A DNA stretch of 64,000 nt from Azolla caroliniana (taxonomy: Eukaryota > Plantae > Polypodiophyta): the NCBI GenBank assembly GCA_043228905.1, contig JBHGNT010000001.1, positions 28,768,001-28,832,000 on the forward strand, in the 5' to 3' direction. Of the stretch, positions 61,301 through 64,000 are shown one piece after another. Position 1 is the first letter of the stretch; each line of letters starts with the position of its first letter. The notes under the pieces were generated by a model, which was not told the origin of the DNA, made no database searches, and saw only the letters and a list, made by a program, of their open reading frames with translations. The translations under genes and the position numbers were made by a program.

Positions 61301-63762
61301 AAAGAGACAAAACTTACCATACGGATCGTATTTCAGCTTTCTCGCATGCACAAGAGTCACCGAAAGCTCTCCAGAGAAGTTTGTATTGCGGTCCATAGTT
61401 GCACCTTTAAAGTCATTTGGGACAGAAGCAACAACTCTGCCTTTCAAGAAGTCAATGACATTCTTGTTAGGCCGTACAAAGAGTTGGGGAAGATCCTCAG
61501 TGAGGAGCTGTGTCAAAAATCTAATCAAAAGAACATGAAAACTTGTGAGTTTTCATATATCTAGAACAAGTTCAAAAGATGTAATTCAGAGAGTTTAGAT
61601 AGTTACACTGAAACGAAAGGGGTGGCTGTTCCCGTCGCAATTCCAAGCAAGAAATACATAACGAAACATTTCAGTTCAACACCAAAGGAAATGGTAAATT
61701 TTTAAACACTATTTATTGAGATGCCCTTATTTTTCCAAACACTGTCACAATACCCCCTTAGAATAGTAAATTTTGGTACTATTGAAGAATATGCTGGTAA
61801 ATATTTAGAAATAGGTCTACTGGGTGTTTTCTCCGTAATTTGGAAACCATTGAAACAGTTTCCACCAAAACACTTACCCATAAGATTGAAGAGACGAAAA
61901 GGAGATAGATCAAGTTTGATCTTGGGTAATGACACAAAAGCCCATGTTGCAGTTCCGACCCAAGGCTCAGATGGTACAAGCCGCAACTTTACCCATATCT
62001 CCCCATCTACATCAAACTCTCGTACACCGACTGGAATGGTTACAGGGATAAATCCACCTTTCAACTTCAGAAGCAGAAGCATGTGTGCGCCACCAGTATA
62101 TCTAAGGCCAATATGATACCTGCCAAAAACCCTCATTTTTTTCTCTCTTCTTTTAAAAACAAAGCAAAGTCCCAAAAGGGATGCTGCCAAATATTATAAT
62201 TTGTTTCTAGCAAAAACAGTTTTTTGTCCTTAATGAAAACCGAATAGCTCCAGACTCAATAAAGAGATGGATTTGGCCTCTCTCAAAAGCATTGTTTCTC
62301 CATATACATTCACTTATGGATTCAGTTTTTTGCTCCCCAACACTTGCATAAATTGCAGCATATAATTTTTGCATTTATAGGGACATTATGCTAGTAAATG
62401 TAGTTTTTGTGTTCATTAGACACATTGCATGACATTGCACTTCCAATATCATTCCCTATATCTTTTTAATTCTTGATAATATACAATTTTTTCCACTTCT
62501 CAATTTTCAAGAGATTCTATCTTCCTATGACTTGGATGCAATCCAGAGGTTGCTTTTTGCCAAGAGCTAATGATTTACTTGCAATCAATTGTGTATATAA
62601 ATAGGTAATTAAATTTTGACACTAAAATGGGAGATTTTGATGACAATGACAAGAATATACTGCCTATATGACTAAAAAACTCTATACTGCTTGCTGTACT
62701 CTTTTTCCTCCCAACACCTCAAATCATAACTCTGAAAATGTTTCTGCAATGTCGCCCTTAAAAAAAACTATGCTACTCCTTATATATCAATAAAGCTTCA
62801 AAATATATGTGATAGATATCATTGCAAACAAAAACATGAGATTACACTCACTGAAGATCGTCAGCACGGCGCGATGTTCTCCTCTCGACACTTCTGATGG
62901 AAAGAGGCTCATCGCCAAGATCGAACCTCTTGATTTCAACCCTTTTTACATAATCTGGCTTCTTCAAATTATCAATAAGGGGTTGCAAAAGATTAACAAG
63001 CCAACTCTCAAGCCCAAGCCTATAGATTTTCCATAGTTTCCCAAGAACCATATTTACCCACTCTACAGACTCTTTCTTCTTCAGATCCCCCTCTAAGAAC
63101 ACTGATATTCCTGTAGGAGCTTTAGCTTCGCTTGACCTGCTTTTTCTTCCCAGATCAATGGCACTAGAAAAGGGAACTTCAATCATGGACGACCGCCCAA
63201 TTCTCTGACCAATTGCAATCCCAAAAATGAAGACAAATCCAAAAAGAGCTGCAAGAGCACCTTTGGATGCCAGCAAGGGAACTGTAGATGATGATGATTC
63301 CAAGTTTATCAATCCATTTCCTACTACGTCAGAGTAAATCTTGTTGAAAGCAGAGGAAGAAGACCGAGAAATAGCATTGGCGCTTGAACCCGGTTTAGGA
63401 TGGCTTGATCCTGAGATGGGTTTGAGGTATTTCTTCCCAAACCTTTCTTCTTCTTCTTCTTTCCATTGTTTCCATGGCTGAGGACCTCTGTCGCTGAACA
63501 AGCTCCCATGAGAGCTGTATTTCGAAGGAGGGAGGAGTCTGACTCGTTCGTTCCTAGCAAGGTCGAAGAGGTCATGAGCAGAGGCTGGAGAGGGAGGTTC
63601 TTCTTCACTCTTCACAGAAAAAAGAACGATCTGATGCTTAACACAACGTGATCTGTGGGGTAGAAATCTATGTCTGAGCGGAAAGAATTCAGTGCTAGGG
63701 TTGGGGTTTTGTGCGAGTAAAGTGCGAGAGCCTCTAGTGTCCCATGAGGAGGAAGAAACCAT
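58397..63762 (-). CDS. NTMC2T5: Synaptotagmin-like SMP + C2 domain protein (NTMC2T5-like, probably plastid-targeted), 683 aa, 7 exons
   Basis: Exons 63762-62852, 62119-61878, 61625-61607, 61520-61318, 60354-60245, 60015-59917 and 58864-58397 join in frame. It has a Ser/Arg-rich transit-like N-terminus and a TM segment. SMP: ESVEWVNMVLGKLWK..KKPDYVKRVEIKRFDLGDEPLS. C2: GELSVTLVHA..GNTDPYVILTLGDQVIRSKKNSQTTVIG..PIWNQDF. There is also a C-terminal TM helix. Confidence 0.9.
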
Positions 63763-63846
63763 TTACACAGTTTGAATGTGGAGAAAACCATCGCCTAATC
63801 ACAAGGAGAGATGGCTATGGGACCTTCCTCTCCCGGGGCACCTCTG

Positions 63847-63920
63847 CACGTGTGTTTCCATGGAAGGTTCCTCCTGGGTCATTTGGTCCATCAGGATTCC
63901 TCCACGTGTAGGGACGCGTG
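63847..63920 (-). promoter_or_regulatory. G-box/ABRE-CE3-like cluster just upstream of the NTMC2T5-like ATG
   Basis: CACGTG at 63847-63852 and 63903-63908, ACGCGTG at 63914-63920. Confidence 0.4.
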
Positions 63921-63934
63921 CCATGAGGCACCTA

Positions 63935-63997
63935 TCATCTTCTTCTTCTTCTTCTTCTTCATCGTCATCATCTTCATCTTCATCTTCATCATCATCA
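63935..63997. repeat. (TCT)n/(TCA)n trinucleotide repeat
   Basis: Directly visible at the window end. Confidence 0.9.
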
Positions 63998-64000
63998 CTA

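Noticed and set aside
63790-64000. Acidic D/E-rich reading frame on the minus strand at the window edge
   Set aside because: It is explained by the (TCA/TCT)n repeat in the NTMC2T5-like upstream region. A neighbouring gene's end cannot be assessed without the next window.

Overview
Eukaryotic nuclear DNA from a land plant. It is most likely a fern with a compact genome: I infer this from PLS-PPR proteins with lengthened L motifs, a PRR that keeps the phospho-acceptor Asp, and 8 genes in 64 kb. Eight protein genes, six of them spliced and modelled by hand, are: a CIP7-like gene (+), a bromodomain gene (+), a PLS-E PPR (+), a UFD1-domain/zinc-finger gene (-), a highly divergent TALE homeobox gene (+), a PRR3/7-type pseudo-response regulator (+), a second PLS-E PPR (-) and an NTMC2T5-like SMP/C2 gene (-). 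Mobile DNA comprises three related L1-like LINE 3' ends (one with a 14-bp TSD), a 345-bp hAT-type MITE with an 8-bp TSD, and older decayed remnants. There are also microsatellite fields and short tandem duplications. The best novelty candidate is the orphan-like TALE homeobox gene: it has a BELL-type intron but a PFA loop, a WLSN recognition helix and no recognisable POX/MEINOX domain, and it sits behind a cluster of TGACGTCA palindromes. I recognised no rRNA, tRNA or CRISPR features. Exon models and family assignments come from manual reading and remembered motifs, not from database searches.
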